From Eledone cirrhosa (taxonomy: Eukaryota): 64,000 nt of DNA. The notes beneath the pieces are model-generated. The model worked only from the letters and a program-made list of their open reading frames with translations, had not been told where the DNA came from and did not search any database. The stretch covers positions 328,104,001 through 328,168,000 of the forward strand of contig OZ024742.1 of the NCBI GenBank assembly GCA_964016885.1. Reading direction: 5' to 3'. A program made the translations under genes and the position numbers. Positions 61,380 to 64,000 of this stretch are shown here, piece by piece. Each line of letters starts with the position of its first letter. Position 1 is the stretch's first letter.

Positions 61380-64000
61380 TTGGTGATAGTGTTGGTATGG
61401 TGTTGTAGTAGTTGTTTTTGGTGATAGTGTTGGTATGGTGTTGTTGTAGTTGTTTTTGGTGATAGTGTTGGTATGGTGTTGTTGTAGTTGTTTTTGGTGA
61501 TAGTGTTGGTATGGTGTTGTTGTAGTAGTTGTTTTTGGTGATAGTGTTGGTATGGTGGTGTTGTGGTTGTTTTTGGTGATAGTGTTGGTATGGTATTGTT
61601 GTAGTAGTTGTTTTTGGTGATGGTGTTGGTATGGTGTTGCTGTAGTTGTTTTTGGTGATAGTGTTGGTATGGTTTTGTTGTAGTTGTTTTAGGTGATAGT
61701 GTTGGTATGGTGCTGTTGTGGTAGTTGTTTTTGGTGATAGTGTTGGTATGGTGTTGTTGTAGTTGTTATTGGTGTTAGTGTTGGTATGGTGGTGTTGTGG
61801 TAGTTGTTTTTATGATAGTGTTGGTATGGTGTTGTTGTAGTAGTGGTTTTTGGTGGTAGTGTTGGTATGGTGTTGTTGTAGTTGTTATTGGTGTTAGTGT
61901 TGGTATGGTGTTGTTGTGGTAGTTGTTTTTGGTGATAGTGTTGGTATGGTGTTGTTGTAGTAGTTGTTTTTGGTGATAGTGTTGGTATGGTGTTGTTGTA
62001 GTTGTTTTTGGTGATAGTGTTGTTCTGGTGTTGTTGTAGTAGTTTCTGGTGATAGTGTTGGTATGGTGTTGTTGTAGTTGTTTTTGGTGATCGTGTTGGT
62101 ATGGTGTTGTTGTAGTAGTTTTTGGTAATAGTGTTGGTATGGTGTTGTAGTTGTTTTTGGTGATAGTGTTGGTATGGTGTTGTTGTGGTTGTTGTTATTG
62201 GTGCTAGTGTTGGCATGGTGGTGTTGTGGTTGTTGTTTTTGGTGATAGTGTTGGTATGGTGTTGTTGTAGTAGTTGTTTTTGGTGATAATGTTGGTATGG
62301 TCTTGTTGTGGTTGTTGTTTTTGGTGATAGTGTTGGTATGGTGTTGTTGTGGTTGTTGTTTTTGGTGATAGTGTTGGTATGGTGTTGTTTTGGTTGTTGC
62401 ATTTGGTGATAGTGTTGGTATGGTGTTGTTGTAGTAGTTGTTCTTGGTGATAGTGTTGGTATGGTGTTGTTGTAGTTGTTTTTGGTGATAGTGTTGGTAT
62501 GGTGTTATTGTAGTTGTTTTTGGTGATAGTGTTGGTATGGTGTTGTTGTAGTAGTTGTTTTTGGTGTTAATGTTGGTATGGTGTTGTTGTAGTTGTTTTT
62601 GGTGATAGTGTTGGTATGGTGTTGCTGTAGTTGTTTTTGGTGATAGTGTTGGTATGGTGTTGTTGTAGTTCTTTTTGGTGCTAGTGTTGGTATGGTGCTG
62701 TTGTAGTTGTTTTTGGTGGTAGTGTTGGTATGGTGTTGTTGTAGTTGTTTTTGGTGATAGTGTTGGTATGGTGTTGTTGTAGTTGTTTTTGGTGATAGTG
62801 TTGGTATGGTGTTGTTGTAGTTGTTTTTGGTGATAGTGTTGGTATGGTGTTGTTGTAGTAGTTGTTTTTGGTGATAGTGCTGGTATGGTGTTGTTGTAGT
62901 AGTTGTTTTTGGTGATAGTGTTGGTATGGTGTTGTTGTAGTTGTTTTTGGTGATAGTGTTGGTATGGTGTAGTTGTAGTTGTTTTTGGTGATAGTGTTGG
63001 TATGGTGTTTTTGTAGTAGTTGTTTTTGGTGATAGTGTTGGTATGGTGTTGTTGTGGTTGTTGTTTTTGGTGATAGTGTTGGTATGGTGTTGTTGTTGTA
63101 GTTGTTTTTGGTGATAGTGTTGGTATGGTGTTGTTGTAGTAGTTGTTTTTGGTGATAGTGTTGGTACGGTGTTGTTGTGGTTGTTGTTTTTGGTGATAGT
63201 GTTGGTATGGTGTTGTTGTAGTTGTTTTTGGTGATAGTGTTGGTATGGTGTTGTAGTACTTGTTTTTGGTGATAGTGTTGGTATGGTGTTGTTGTAGTTG
63301 TTTTTGGTGATAGTGTTGGTATGGTGTTGTTGTAGTTGTTTTTGGTGATAGTGTTGGTATGGTGTTGTTGTAGTAGTTGTTTTTGGTGATAGTGTTGGTA
63401 TGGTGGTGTTGTGGTTGTTTTTGGTGATAGTGTTGGTATGGTGTTGTTGTAGTAGTTGTTTTTGGTGATGGTGTTGGTATGGTGTTGCTGTAGTTGTTTT
63501 TGGTGATAGTGTTGGTATGGTTTTGTTGTAGTTGTTTTAGGTGATAGTATTGGTATGGTGCTGTTGTGGTAGTTGTTTTTGGTGATAGTGTTGGTATGGT
63601 GTTGTTGTAGTTGTTATTGGTGTTAGTGTTGGTATGGTGGTGTTGTGGTAGTTGTTTTTATGATAGTGTTGGTATGGTGTTGTTGTAGTAGTGGTTTTTG
63701 GTGGTAGTGTTGGTATGGTGTTGTTGTAGTTGTTATTGGTGTTAGTGTTGGTATGGTGTTGTTGTGGTAGTTGTTTTTGGTGATAGTGTTGGTATGGTGT
63801 TGTTGTAGTAGTTGTTTTTGGTGATAGTGTTGGTATGGTGTTGTTGTAGTTGTTTTTGGTGATAGTGTTGTTCTGGTGTTGTTGTAGTAGTTTCTGGTGA
63901 TAGTGTTGGTATGGTGTTGTTGTAGTTGTTTTTGGTGATCGTGTTGGTATGGTGTTGTTGTAGTAGTTTTTGGTGATAGTGTTGGTATGGTGTTGTAGTT
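61380..64000. repeat. 1,848-bp duplication, second copy truncated by the window end
   Basis: TTTTAGGTG A at 61691 and 63539, TTTTATGAT A at 61812 and 63660, GTTCTGGTG C at 62025 and 63873. Confidence 0.88.
61689..62402 (-). other. Repeat-derived ORF (237 aa), probably not a gene
   Basis: The ATG comes from a private GTTGCATTT variant at 62400-62402 and the stop from a TTTTAGG variant. Confidence 0.06.

Larger units (their letters stand above)
1..64000. repeat. Tandem minisatellite/satellite array, monomer GGTGATAGTGTTGGTATGGT(GTT/GTA/GTG)nGTTTTT, 32-44 bp (mostly 38 and 41), extending beyond both window edges
   Basis: The core GGTGATAGTGTTGGTATGGT recurs throughout. The first full unit starts at 14; unit 491-528 is 38 bp. 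No inverted unit or unique insertion was seen. Confidence 0.99.

Noticed and set aside
48817-62402. Four ORFs as bona fide protein-coding genes (mucin/adhesin-like)
   Set aside because: The sequence is indistinguishable from the surrounding array, starts and stops are single variants, there is no signal peptide or unique domain, and there is no preferred frame.
1-64000. CRISPR array (constant ~25-bp repeat with variable intervening sequence)
   Set aside because: The intervening segments are only ~7-19 bp of GTN triplets, highly redundant and not foreign-derived. The repeat is not palindromic, and there is no leader or cas gene in the window.
1-64000. Bisulfite-converted or deaminated DNA explaining the absence of C
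   Set aside because: The remaining Cs are mostly non-CpG, sit at positions where the consensus is T, G or A, and are faithfully shared between duplicated blocks, so they behave as ordinary substitutions.
1-64000. Rolling-circle, reverse-transcriptase or telomerase concatemer of one short template, or sequencing stutter
   Set aside because: Variants recur in fixed order over multi-kb blocks with consistent offsets. Independent copying of one short template would give uncorrelated errors.
1-64000. Stable G-quadruplex array
   Set aside because: Only GG doublets (three or four per unit) with long loops are present and GGG is very rare, so at most weak two-tier structures are possible.
1-64000. 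Intrinsic terminators, hairpins or structured RNA genes at the T runs
   Set aside because: With almost no C and little A on +, Watson-Crick stems cannot form. No inverted repeats or tRNA/rRNA motifs were seen.
1-64000. Mobile element insertions or strand inversions within the array
   Set aside because: No non-monomer sequence, terminal repeats or C/A-rich segments were seen on + when reading through the window.

Overview
The whole 64,000-bp window is one uninterrupted, head-to-tail, single-orientation tandem array (minisatellite/satellite DNA) with no unique sequence. I see no recognisable gene, RNA gene, transposon or CRISPR-Cas element. The consensus monomer is GGTGATAGTGTTGGTATGGT-(GTT/GTA/GTG)n-GTTTTT, typically 38 or 41 bp (also 32, 35, 44), roughly 1,600-1,700 copies estimated as 64,000/~39. 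The + strand is almost purely G/T (38-mer: 20 T, 14 G, 4 A, 0 C). Rare point variants act as barcodes and reveal nested higher-order duplications with offsets of about 0.3, 0.9, 1.6, 1.7, 1.85, 2.1, 2.2, 5.0, 6.3 and 12-17 kb. These are larger on the left and shorter and more mosaic on the right. The most unusual property is that monomer length is nearly always 2 mod 3 and the minus-strand consensus has no stop in any frame, so all three minus frames encode the same periodic T/N/H/Q-rich polypeptide. The four listed ORFs are most likely by-products of rare ATG-creating variants. The host organism and any function cannot be determined from this window. Coordinates and offsets were read by eye; block boundaries are approximate to about one monomer or more.
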